Shown here piece after piece: positions 8,956 through 17,442 of a stretch of 64,000 nucleotides of DNA. The first letter of the stretch is position 1. Each line of letters begins with the position of its first letter. The stretch covers positions 1,737 to 65,736 of the forward strand of contig VGWI01000003.1 of assembly GCA_016873655.1 (NCBI GenBank). Direction: 5' to 3'. A program made the position numbers and the translations under genes. The notes below the pieces were generated by a model. That model was not told where the DNA came from, did no database searches, and worked only from the letters and a program-made list of their open reading frames with translations. This stretch comes from Lentisphaerota bacterium. Lineage in GTDB: Bacteria; Verrucomicrobiota; Kiritimatiellia; UBA8416; VGWI01.

Positions 8956-10269
8956 ATGACGCAATCGCACTTGCCAACACCCTCGCCGGAGCCGCGGCGG
9001 GCATGGTTGCCCGGACTCCTTCTGCTTCTTGCCGGAGCCGCGGCCGCGACGTTGATATTCCAGTTCACCGACCTGGATATGCGGCTCCAGAAGCTGTTCC
9101 ACCGCACGGACGGCACCGACCCCTGGCCTTTCGGCGATCGGCCGCCTTGGAACTTCCTCTATCACTACGGAACGATCCCGGCCGTTCTGACCGGCCTGGC
9201 GGCGCTGGTGACGGCGGCGTGGAGCGCTCTGCGCGGCGGACCGCGCCTGCGGCGCATCTACTCAGTCTTCCTCATCCTCTCCCTTCTCATCGGCCCCGTC
9301 ATCGTCGTAAACGGCCTGTTCAAGGATAAGTGGGGCCGGCCGCGCCCGCGGGAAATAACGGAATTCGGCGGCATGCACGCCTTCGTTCCAGCCGTCGTAA
9401 AGGGAACATGGGCCAAGGGCCGGTCGTTCCCGTGCGGACATGCCTCGACGGGCTTCTACCTCGGCGCCTTCTACTTCGTGCTGCGCAACCGGCGCCGCGC
9501 GGCGGCTCGGGCGGCCATGGCAGGTTCCGTCGTCTACGGAACACTCATCGGCATCGCGCGAATGGCGGCAGGAGCGCATTTCGCATCCGATGTGGTCTTC
9601 GCCGCGCTGATGACCTACGGGACAATGTTCGCCGCGTACTGGTGGCTCCTGCGCATCCCGGCACACGAGGCGGGTCCGCCGGTTGTCGAGAAACCCGCGG
9701 CCGCATGGCGCGTGGCCGCCGCCACGCTGGCAGTCGCTGCGCTCGGCGGCGTCGCCGTGCTGCTCGCCACGCCTTTCCGGAAGACCGCAGCCTTCGCCGC
9801 ACCGTCCGCCGGGAGTAATGAGCCGCCCGCGGCAATCACCGTCTCCGCACGGGCAGGCCGCGTCACACTGCTTGCGACCCCGTTGCCCGACCGCCTTTTC
9901 AGGTTCGAGGGGGAAGCGCGCGGGTTCGGCCTTCCGTGGAGCGGCGTGAAAGTGTCGGTCCGCAAGGACACAAGCGGCCCGGGGCGGCGCTACGTGCTTG
10001 ATGTGGAACCGAAGGGCTTGTTCACGGAGTTGGACATGAACCTGTCGCTCGCGGTCGGCGACGGCGTGGGCGCGGTGGAGCTGGACGTGGAGGGCGGCGA
10101 CCTGCTGATCCGGCACGACGGCGGCGGCATTCCTTCGGTGCGCGCCGTTGTCCGGGACGGCAGGATCAACGTTGGTCAGAACCTCCGCCCATACGCGAAA
10201 ACGGTCCTCCTGCCTTCCAGCGAAATGGAATGCGTTTTAGTCCCGCCCGCGAAGGAAACCGGCAAGTGA
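8956..10269 (+). CDS. PAP2-superfamily membrane phosphatase (LpxE/LpxF-like lipid phosphatase) with a C-terminal about 190-aa beta-rich extension
   Basis: PAP2 motifs KDKWGRPRP, PCGHAS, HFASDVV and multiple TM segments, plus a long C-terminal soluble domain. Divergent from the dnaX/LPS operon. Confidence 0.6.
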   Translation: MTQSHLPTPSPEPRRAWLPGLLLLLAGAAAATLIFQFTDLDMRLQKLFHRTDGTDPWPFGDRPPWNFLYHYGTIPAVLTGLAALVTAAWSALRGGPRLRRIYSVFLILSLLIGPVIVVNGLFKDKWGRPRPREITEFGGMHAFVPAVVKGTWAKGRSFPCGHASTGFYLGAFYFVLRNRRRAAARAAMAGSVVYGTLIGIARMAAGAHFASDVVFAALMTYGTMFAAYWWLLRIPAHEAGPPVVEKPAAAWRVAAATLAVAALGGVAVLLATPFRKTAAFAAPSAGSNEPPAAITVSARAGRVTLLATPLPDRLFRFEGEARGFGLPWSGVKVSVRKDTSGPGRRYVLDVEPKGLFTELDMNLSLAVGDGVGAVELDVEGGDLLIRHDGGGIPSVRAVVRDGRINVGQNLRPYAKTVLLPSSEMECVLVPPAKETGK

Positions 10270-10295
10270 ACGGCAGTCCCGACCACGAGCACTAC

Positions 10296-10760
10296 ATGAG
10301 GATGGCCTTGCGGCTGGCCGCCGACGCGGCGGAGGACGGCGAAGTGCCAACCGGCTGCGTGATAGTCCATGCGCCGCCTGGATCCGAACCGGCGCCACTC
10401 AGGATCATAGGCAGGGCGCACAACCAGACGGAACGGCTGAAGGACCCGACAGCCCATGCCGAGATGATCGCCATAACCCAGGCCGCTTCCGCGCTGGGAG
10501 ACTGGCGGTTGCTTGACACGGTTCTCTACGTCACCAAGGAGCCGTGCTCCATGTGCGCGGGAGCAATCATCCTGGCGCGTATCCCCGTCGTGGTGTTCGG
10601 CGCGCCCGACCCCGCACGCGGCGGCGCGGTATCGGTCTTCAACATACTGAATCACCCCGCGCTCAACCACAGATGCGAGGTGCTCGGGGGCGTGCTGGAA
10701 AACGAGTGCCGGAATGTCCTGCGCGACTTCTTCAAGTCACGGCGCGAAGACGGCAAATGA
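10296..10760 (+). CDS. tadA: tRNA-specific adenosine deaminase TadA
   Basis: CMP/dCMP deaminase zinc motifs HAEMIAI and PCSMCAGAI. Start at the ATG 10296 inside the longer listed ORF. Confidence 0.85.
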   Translation: MRMALRLAADAAEDGEVPTGCVIVHAPPGSEPAPLRIIGRAHNQTERLKDPTAHAEMIAITQAASALGDWRLLDTVLYVTKEPCSMCAGAIILARIPVVVFGAPDPARGGAVSVFNILNHPALNHRCEVLGGVLENECRNVLRDFFKSRREDGK

Positions 10761-10844
10761 ACCCCCGACCGGCCCCGCCGGCCCGGCACCTGACTCGAAA
10801 CGAAACGCGCACACCCCGATCTGGCGGCGGCATGGCCACTGTCG

Positions 10845-11723
10845 TCAGGCGCCGGCTCTGATGCCGAACCCTCTTGCCGGAGTCTCGGGCTTCCCCTTCA
10901 CGCCGGGCCTGAACCGCCAGGTTCCGCCCGAAGGCGCCGGCAACTTGCCGGCCCCGGCGGATGTGACATACATCCAGTCAAGCGCCGGCCCGGCAAAGCA
11001 AACGTTCGATATGCGCTCGACCGGCATCGCCGCCTTCCCCGCAATCCGCCCATCCCTGTCGAGCCGCAGAACGCAGCTCCCGCCCCAACAGGCCACCCAG
11101 ATGAACCCTTCGGCGTCCTGCGCACAGCCGTCCGGCACGCCGTTCGAAGGATCGCTTTCGTACCAGGGTCTTCCTTGGTCCAGCCTCCGCGCCGGGTCGT
11201 ATGCGTATGCCCTGATCGTCCTGCGCGGCGAATCGGTGTGCAGCAGCACCCGCCCGCCGTCGCAGAATGCCATTCCATTGGATATCCCGACCCCTTCGAG
11301 CACCAGACGCGCCGGCCGACCGGCGTCGCACAGGTACAGCACTCCGTCCTTCATCAGCGGGCTCATCGAGCCGACAAGCACGCGTCCGCCGGGATCCACG
11401 GCGGCATCGTTCAGCCGCCATCCGCGCGGGACCGGCAGGTCCGCCATGTGCACAAGCACGCCCCGCCGGACATCCAACCGGGCCAGCCCCCGCTCGTAGG
11501 CGGCAATCAGCCCGCCGTCTTCCGCCGCCAGGATCGCCGATACCTTGTTCGGCCCGCGCCATACAACACTGCAGTCGCCGGTCGCATGGTCACAGGCATG
11601 CACCGCGCCGCCGTCTATGTCGGCCCAGTACACCGTCCTGTCCGCCTCGCTCCAACACAGCGCCTCGCCCAGCAGGCACGGCGGCGCTTCGAGGAGTTCA
11701 AGGTCCATGGACGTTGTCTTCAT
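10845..11723 (-). CDS. SMP-30/gluconolactonase/LRE-family beta-propeller protein
   Basis: Repeated beta-propeller motifs (VYWADIDGG, LYLCDAG, GMAFCDGGRVL, WVACWGG). Start at the internal ATG 11723; the upstream 32 codons of the listed ORF lack support. Confidence 0.7.
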   Translation of the reverse strand: MKTTSMDLELLEAPPCLLGEALCWSEADRTVYWADIDGGAVHACDHATGDCSVVWRGPNKVSAILAAEDGGLIAAYERGLARLDVRRGVLVHMADLPVPRGWRLNDAAVDPGGRVLVGSMSPLMKDGVLYLCDAGRPARLVLEGVGISNGMAFCDGGRVLLHTDSPRRTIRAYAYDPARRLDQGRPWYESDPSNGVPDGCAQDAEGFIWVACWGGSCVLRLDRDGRIAGKAAMPVERISNVCFAGPALDWMYVTSAGAGKLPAPSGGTWRFRPGVKGKPETPARGFGIRAGA

Positions 11724-11868
11724 GCGCACACCTTCGTGGTTCCGCTCTGCCTTCGCGTTGAGAGTCCGCCCATATAGGCGGTCTCCGTCGCCAAAGTCCA
11801 GAGTATGCTTCGAGTTCACAGGCGTCCCGGCGGTGACCGCCGGCTCCTGTGACTCGCCTTTTCAAGCC

Positions 11869-12043
11869 ACTGTCATCCCATAGGGAACGTTTAATGACCA
11901 CAAAACCCCGTTATTGCTGATGTCTTGGAATAGTATGCGAGATTGTGATTCTTGGACGTTTTTTCGTAATCCTAATCGTAATCATCATCATAATCCTCTC
12001 TGTGACAGATGATTACGATTAGGATTCCTGTGGGACGCCAGTG
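11869..12043. mobile_element. MITE-like non-autonomous element, copy 1 (about 175 bp) flanked by a 10-bp direct repeat TTTTCAAGCC (11859-11868 and 12044-12053)
   Basis: About 85% identical to a second copy at 34993-35182. Imperfect about 17-bp terminal inverted repeats CACTGTCATCCCATAGG / CCTGTGGGACGCCAGTG. Internal perfect 19-bp hairpin AATCCTAATCGTAATCATC ... GATGATTACGATTAGGATT. Different flanking direct repeats at the two copies look like target-site duplications. Confidence 0.55.
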
Positions 12044-12083
12044 TTTTCAAGCCTCCCTTCGTGGCGGTGCGGACTCGCTGAGC

Positions 12084-12159
12084 GTCCCTTCGTGACGCTG
12101 CTACAGGCCAGATACGCGTGAAAACGGGTCTTCTGTAGCCGCCGCACGAAGGGCGACGC
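12084..12159. repeat. Inverted pair of REP-like 23-27-bp GC-rich units (GTCCCTTCGTGACGCTGCTACAG ... CTGTAGCCGCCGCACGAAGGGCGACGC) forming a long imperfect palindrome
   Basis: Both arms are members of the CTGTAGCCGTCGCACGAAGGGCGACG family that is tandemly repeated at 19545-19673. Confidence 0.45.
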
Positions 12160-12338
12160 TCCTCCATTCTGTATCCCGCTGCGCAAATCAAAAATCGGTC
12201 ATTCGGAACGCCAGCATCCGGTTTCACGATATCTCCGCCCAATCGCACACAACCGCCCTCCGCACGCAACCTTGTGCCGCATAGGTATTTACCAATACAG
12301 CGCGGCACATCTTCCCGTTTCTTGTTGGGCGTTCACGG

Positions 12339-12354
12339 TTGGCATGGAGTGTGC
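12339..12354 (+). promoter_or_regulatory. Candidate sigma-54 (-24/-12) promoter TGGCAT-N6-TGTGCG
   Basis: GG at 12340-12341 and GC at 12352-12353 with the canonical 10-nt spacing. Sits 45 nt upstream of a small ORF with a strong SD and about 340 nt upstream of the ACT/UPF0210 genes. An NtrC-type sigma-54 activator is encoded at 14678-16069. Confidence 0.3.
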
Positions 12355-12398
12355 GAATACATGCTGGGTTTGTATTTGAGCCTTGCCGGGAGGCAATT

Positions 12399-12590
12399 GA
12401 GATGCATGAAGAGAATAAGCTGCCGCGAGATGCCGGTTCCGGGGCCGGCCAACAGGGTCAATCACCCGCCGATGGCGCCCCTGCCCAACCGCGCGCCACG
12501 CCGCGCAGAGGGCGGCGTCCGCGCCGCCTGAACTGGGTATCCTTCGACGACCATCAGCCGCCCGCAACCAACTACCTGCGCAAAGGCTGA
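12399..12590 (+). CDS. Small basic hypothetical protein (63 aa, low complexity)
   Basis: ATG at 12399 is preceded by GGGAGG at 8-nt spacing. MHEENKLPRDAGSG...RRGRRPRRLNWVSFDDHQPP. No homology recognizable; may equally be a leader or UTR. Confidence 0.25.
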   Translation, partial: EMHEENKLPRDAGSGAGQQGQSPADGAPAQPRATPRRGRRPRRLNWVSFDDHQPPATNYLRKG

Positions 12591-12696
12591 GGGCATTCCC
12601 GGAAACACCGGTCCGAACACGCAGCCGCATTCCGCTCCGCCGCATTTGACTGAACGGGGTACGCACACTACGATTCGCCCTTTGTCGGAGGGAGAA

Positions 12697-13293
12697 GTGG
12701 AACAGTCATCCTCACGCTTCGTCGTGTCCGTGCTGGTTGCCGACCGCGTCGGCATTCTGCGCGATATCACTTCGGCCATAGCCGATCTTGACGGGAACAT
12801 TGACGCCATAAGCCAGACGGTCGTGGAGAACTACTTCACCGTCATTCTGACCGCGACGTGGAAGAAGCCTGTCCCGGCAGCCACCGTGCAGGAAGCCCTG
12901 ACGGCCAGGTTCGGCCGCGACGCGGCCGCGGTAGCGGTCCGGCCTTACGCGCCTGGCAAGGCGGCAAGCCGCTCGCGGAGAACCCGGTACGTCGTGATCC
13001 TCACCGGACCGGGCAAACTGGGCCTCCTCAAGGCGGTCACATCGTTCCTCGCCGAGCGCGGCATCAACATCGAGGACTGGTTCGTGGAAAAAGGCGCCGC
13101 CGGCTTCACGCATATCGGATTGGTCTCGATCCCGGACGCGTTGGATATCAAACACGTGCAGGACGAGATACGGCAGACTGCGGCGGAGCTTGAAATGACG
13201 TGCGCGCTCCAGCACGAGAACATATTCCGGGCCACGAACGAAGTCGGCCCGATCAAGTCGCTGCTCCGACACGGCGAGGCGGGGAGAGGATGA
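12697..13293 (+). CDS. Tandem ACT-domain protein (UPF0237-like), partner of the UPF0210 protein
   Basis: Two ACT-like modules (VVSVLVADRVGILRDITSAIADLDGNI and YVVILTGPGKLGLLKAVTSFLAERGINI). GTG start at 12697 with a GGAGG SD 5 nt upstream. Stop overlaps the next gene's start (ATGA). Confidence 0.7.
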   Translation: MEQSSSRFVVSVLVADRVGILRDITSAIADLDGNIDAISQTVVENYFTVILTATWKKPVPAATVQEALTARFGRDAAAVAVRPYAPGKAASRSRRTRYVVILTGPGKLGLLKAVTSFLAERGINIEDWFVEKGAAGFTHIGLVSIPDALDIKHVQDEIRQTAAELEMTCALQHENIFRATNEVGPIKSLLRHGEAGRG

Positions 13294-14663
13294 TCGGCAA
13301 GGCGGACATTCTGGCAACCATGCGGATGCTTCAGGAGGAGAACCTGGACGTGCGCACGGTGACCCTCGGCGTCAATATTTCCGGCTGCAAAAGAGACGGC
13401 GCGGCGGACACCGCGAAGGCGGTGGCCGACCGCATACGCATGAAAGCGGGCGGTCTGTTGCGGGTCTGCGACGCGGTCACGGCCCGCTACGGCCTGCGGG
13501 TGGTGAACCGCCGCGTGGCCCTGTCGCCCGCCGCCGCCCTTCTCGAGGACCGCACCGTGGAAGAGGCGGTTGAGATTGCCCTGGCAATGGACCGCGCAGC
13601 CGCGGACGTGGGGGTGGACCTGATAGGCGGATATTCCGCGCTCGTGCAGAAGGGCATGACACCGGGCGAACGGCTGCTGATCGAAAGCCTGCCGGCGGTT
13701 CTCAGCCGCACGGAACGCGTCTGCTCGTCGGTCAACATCGCAACCACCCGCGCCGGCATCAACGTGGACGCCGCCGCGCTGCTTGGAAGAATCATCCTGC
13801 AGGTGGCCGAGGCCACGCGCGACCGCCACGGGTTCGGCGCAGGGAAACTCGTCGTCTTCGCGAACATCCCGGAGGACAACCCGTTCATGGCCGGAGCCCT
13901 GCTGGGACCGGGCGAGCCCGATTGCGTCGTGAACGTCGGGGTCAGCGGCCCGGGCGTAGTGAAGCGCGCGGTGGACAGGCTCGTCCAGGCCGATCCCGAC
14001 TGCACCCTCGACGAGATAGCCGAGGAGGTGAAACACACCGCGTTCCGCGTTACCCGCACAGGCGAGCTGATCGGCCGCGAGGTCGCCGCGGCGCTCGGCG
14101 TCCCGTTCGGCGTTGTGGACCTCTCGCTCGCGCCCACACCTCGCCCCGGCGACAGCGTCGGCGAGATCTACCAGGCCATGGGCATCAGGAAACTCGGCGC
14201 CCCGGGCACAACCGCCGCGGTGGCACTGCTGAACGACGCGGTGAAGAAGGGCGGCGCTTTCGCTTCAAGCTCGGTCGGCGGACTTTCGGGCGCGTTCATA
14301 CCGGTAACCGAAGACTGCGCCCTGTCGGAGGCAGTCTCTTCCGGCACACTCACGATGGAGAAGCTCGAAGCCATGACCGCAGTCTGTTCGGTCGGGCTGG
14401 ATATGATTCTTCTGCCGGGCGATATCGAGCCGGAAACGATCAGCGGCATCATCCTGGATGAAATGGCCATCGGCGTGATCAACCGCAAGACGACCGGCGT
14501 GCGCGTCATTCCCGTGCCCGGCGGCAAGGTCGGCGACAAGGTTGATTTCGGCGGGCTCTTCGGCGGAGGAACGGTGACGAACGTCAACTGCCCCACCGGC
14601 AGCGCCGACTTCATCCGGCACGGCGGCCATATCCCGGCCCCGATCCAGAGCCTGACAAACTGA
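13290..14663 (+). CDS. UPF0210 (DUF711) family protein
   Basis: MIGKADILATMRMLQEENLDVRTVTLGVNISGC..., classic UPF0210 N-terminus. About 457 aa, translationally coupled to the ACT protein. Confidence 0.85.
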   Translation: MIGKADILATMRMLQEENLDVRTVTLGVNISGCKRDGAADTAKAVADRIRMKAGGLLRVCDAVTARYGLRVVNRRVALSPAAALLEDRTVEEAVEIALAMDRAAADVGVDLIGGYSALVQKGMTPGERLLIESLPAVLSRTERVCSSVNIATTRAGINVDAAALLGRIILQVAEATRDRHGFGAGKLVVFANIPEDNPFMAGALLGPGEPDCVVNVGVSGPGVVKRAVDRLVQADPDCTLDEIAEEVKHTAFRVTRTGELIGREVAAALGVPFGVVDLSLAPTPRPGDSVGEIYQAMGIRKLGAPGTTAAVALLNDAVKKGGAFASSSVGGLSGAFIPVTEDCALSEAVSSGTLTMEKLEAMTAVCSVGLDMILLPGDIEPETISGIILDEMAIGVINRKTTGVRVIPVPGGKVGDKVDFGGLFGGGTVTNVNCPTGSADFIRHGGHIPAPIQSLTN

Positions 14664-14677
14664 CGGCGGCCCTGCCG

Positions 14678-16069
14678 TCAGCTTTCTCCGCCGTCCGTTT
14701 CCGCCGCGTACTCGCGGAGCCGTCTGTGCAGGGTGCGGCGGCTGATGCCGAGCTCCTTCGCGGCCCTGGAACGGTTGCCCCTGTTCCTGCGCAGCGCCGA
14801 TTCGATCGCCCGCCGCTCCACGTCCTCTATCGTCGCCGGCCCGGTTGCCGCGACGGGAACGGGTCCATCCGACATCTGCGCGGCTTCGCGTATGTTGCGG
14901 GGCAGGTCGCGCGCGGTGAGCCGCTGTCCGCGCGAAAGAACAAGCATCTTCTCGATCGTGTTGCGCAGTTCACGGACGTTGCCCGGCCACCTGTAGGCCA
15001 TGAAGGCGGCCATGACGTCGGGGGTGATTCCTTCCACGCTGCGCCCGTTCTTTTCGTTCAACACCTTGATGAAGTGATCGCAAAGCAGAGGTATGTCGTC
15101 CAGCCTCTCCCTCAGCGGCGGCAGCGCCACGCTCACAACGTCAAGCCGGAAAAACAGGTCTTCACGGAACTTCCCTTCTGCAACGAGCGCGTGCAGATCC
15201 TTGTTCGAGGCGGCAATCAGGCGGATATCCGTTTCGATTGAGGACTCGCCGCCCACCCTCTCGAAACGGCGCTCCTCGAGCACGCGAAGGAGCTTCACCT
15301 GCGTCCTGGCCTCGAGCTCGGATATCTCATCGAGAAACAGCGTGCCGCCGTCGGCGACCTCGAACCGCCCTTTCCTGCGCCCGGTCGCGCCGGTGAACGA
15401 ACCCGCCTCGTGGCCGAACAACTCACTCTCGAGAAGCGTCGGCGAAAGCGCCGCGCAGTGGACCGCGACAAACGGGCCTTTCGTTCTCGTGCTGAGCCCG
15501 TGCAGGGCGCGGGCGACGAGTTCCTTGCCCGTCCCGCTCTCGCCGGTAACCAGGACGGTGGCCTGGGTCGGCGCGGCTTGGCGTATCACGTCGTACACCT
15601 GCTGCATCCGCTCTGACGTGCCGATGATCCCTTCGAAACCGGGACGCGCATCGAGCTGCTCGCGCAGGGCCCTGTTCTCGCTCTCGATCTGCGAAGAACG
15701 CACGGCGCGCTTGAGCAGTATCTCAAGGTGGTCGAGATTGACCGGCTTGGTGAGGAAGTCGTAGGCGCCGCGCTTCATCGCCTCGACCGCGGTTTCGACG
15801 CTGCCATAGGCGGTGAGAAGGATGCCGACAAGGCCCGGCTGCCGCGCCAGCGCCCGCTGGAGAAGAGTCAACCCGTCCATACCCGGCATCCTGACGTCGG
15901 AGAGGAGTATGTCAACCTGCCGGGAATCCAGCGTGCGCAGGGCTATCTCCCCGCTTTCGGCGGTGATAACCTCGTAATCGAGTTCAAGCGCGCGCCGCAG
16001 CCCGTCCCTGGTGCTCTTGTCATCATCCACAATCAGCACGGCGTGCCTTGTCCTGTCCGAAACACTCAT
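14678..16069 (-). CDS. Sigma-54-dependent two-component response regulator (NtrC/AtoC family)
   Basis: Receiver domain (VLIVDDD...SDVRMPGMDG), AAA+ sigma-54 activator domain (GESGTGKELVARALH, GAFTGA-like ESELFGHEAGSFTGA) and a C-terminal Fis-type HTH. Start overlaps the kinase stop (ATGA). Confidence 0.9.
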   Translation of the reverse strand: MSVSDRTRHAVLIVDDDKSTRDGLRRALELDYEVITAESGEIALRTLDSRQVDILLSDVRMPGMDGLTLLQRALARQPGLVGILLTAYGSVETAVEAMKRGAYDFLTKPVNLDHLEILLKRAVRSSQIESENRALREQLDARPGFEGIIGTSERMQQVYDVIRQAAPTQATVLVTGESGTGKELVARALHGLSTRTKGPFVAVHCAALSPTLLESELFGHEAGSFTGATGRRKGRFEVADGGTLFLDEISELEARTQVKLLRVLEERRFERVGGESSIETDIRLIAASNKDLHALVAEGKFREDLFFRLDVVSVALPPLRERLDDIPLLCDHFIKVLNEKNGRSVEGITPDVMAAFMAYRWPGNVRELRNTIEKMLVLSRGQRLTARDLPRNIREAAQMSDGPVPVAATGPATIEDVERRAIESALRRNRGNRSRAAKELGISRRTLHRRLREYAAETDGGES

Positions 16070-17271
16070 TTCTCTTCCTCCCTGCCAGGCCTGCCGCGAC
16101 CCGCCTTCCGCCCGGAGGCATTCAGCAGACGCACCCGCCTTTCGGAAAGCGGGAGAAGCAGGGTGAACACCGTTCCGACTCCGGGCTTGCTCACTATGTC
16201 TATCCGCCCGCCATGCTCCTGGACGATTCTCTGAACAACCATAAGGCCAAGCCCGGACCCCTCGCCCTTGGTAGTGAAGTAGGGCTCGAAAATGCGCCCC
16301 ATGTCGTCCGGCTTGATGCCCGAGCCGGTGTCCTGGAACGCAACCGCCACGAACCTGTCCGTCGCGGTCATCCCGATCCTCAGGCTGCCGCCGTCAGGCA
16401 TCGCCTGCACGGCGTTGCGGATGACGTTGAAGAAGGCCTGCTTGATCTGGTTGCGGTCGGCCATGACCCGCGGGAGCGCCTCCGACGCCTTGGCCTCAAC
16501 CCTGATGCTCCGGTTGTCCAGCTCCGGCTTCAGCAGCGTCAGCGTCTCCGCCATCAGCCGATCGACGTTCACAACCGTCATCTCCGGCTTCGAAGGCCGT
16601 ATGGCGCGAAGGAACTGCGTGATGATCAGGTCCAACCGCGCCACCTCGTTCCTGGCCACCTTCAGAAGCTCAGCCACGGACTCCCGCCGTTCGGCGGGCA
16701 GCAGCTTGAGCTCGCGCTCGATGAGCTGCAGGTGGATGTTCAGCGCGTTCAGCGGATTCCCTATCTCATGCGCCACACCGGCCGCCAGCAGCTTGATCGC
16801 GTTGAGCCGCTCCGACTCGATCATGCTCGCCTCCTGCCGCCGGTCCTTCGTTATGTCGCGAAGTATCACCACCACGCCCTGCTGCACCCCGTCGTCCGAC
16901 GGCAGCGGCGTCACGTAGAAACTCAGAAACCTGTGTTCCGGGTAGCGGATCTCTATCTCGCTGCCCATCAGACGGGACCACTCACTCATGTCCTGCTGCA
17001 GTATCCTGTCCCAGTTTATCTCCTTGAAGAAACGGGATATCGCCTTGCCCTTCGCCGACTCGAACGAGAAGCCAGTCAACACTTCCGCGGCCCTGTTGGC
17101 GTAAAGAAGCTGCCCGTTCACGTCGACCACAATCACACCTTCCTGGATGGATTCGAAGATCGTCTCCAGCAACCCCCTTTCCTGCACCAGCTTGAGGAAT
17201 TGCGTCTGCAAAGAACCGGGATCCAGCTTGTTCAGCCGCCCAACCAGCTTGTCCAGAAACCCCGACTTCAT
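16066..17271 (-). CDS. PAS-domain sensor histidine kinase (HisKA + HATPase_c)
   Basis: PAS (IQEGVIVVDVNGQLLYANRAAEVLTG), H-box AAGVAHEIGNPLNAL, and N, G1, G2 boxes (NVIRNAVQAM, DTGSGI, GSGLGL). Only the C-terminal about 400 codons of the 1033-aa listed ORF are genuine; the rest is antisense to fusA. Start is ATG 17271 (or 17319). Confidence 0.8.
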   Translation of the reverse strand: MKSGFLDKLVGRLNKLDPGSLQTQFLKLVQERGLLETIFESIQEGVIVVDVNGQLLYANRAAEVLTGFSFESAKGKAISRFFKEINWDRILQQDMSEWSRLMGSEIEIRYPEHRFLSFYVTPLPSDDGVQQGVVVILRDITKDRRQEASMIESERLNAIKLLAAGVAHEIGNPLNALNIHLQLIERELKLLPAERRESVAELLKVARNEVARLDLIITQFLRAIRPSKPEMTVVNVDRLMAETLTLLKPELDNRSIRVEAKASEALPRVMADRNQIKQAFFNVIRNAVQAMPDGGSLRIGMTATDRFVAVAFQDTGSGIKPDDMGRIFEPYFTTKGEGSGLGLMVVQRIVQEHGGRIDIVSKPGVGTVFTLLLPLSERRVRLLNASGRKAGRGRPGREEEK

Positions 17272-17374
17272 CAGGCCACCCCCGCCCGGCCCGCATGACC
17301 GGAACAAACGAGACATCATGTCGCACAGCAGCCATGTGTGCCGTGCTGACTCTTTGTACGATCCGCTTTTTTCC

Positions 17375-17403
17375 TTGTCAACTCGGGCCTTCACGCGTAG
17401 CTT
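17375..17403 (+). promoter_or_regulatory. Candidate sigma-70 promoter for fusA (TTGTCA-17-TAGCTT)
   Basis: -35 at 17375-17380 and -10 at 17398-17403, about 40 nt upstream of the GTG start and its GGAGGG SD. Confidence 0.3.
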
Positions 17404-17442
17404 GCGCCGCCTTTTGCATAGGAATAGCCGGAGGGAAAGACC

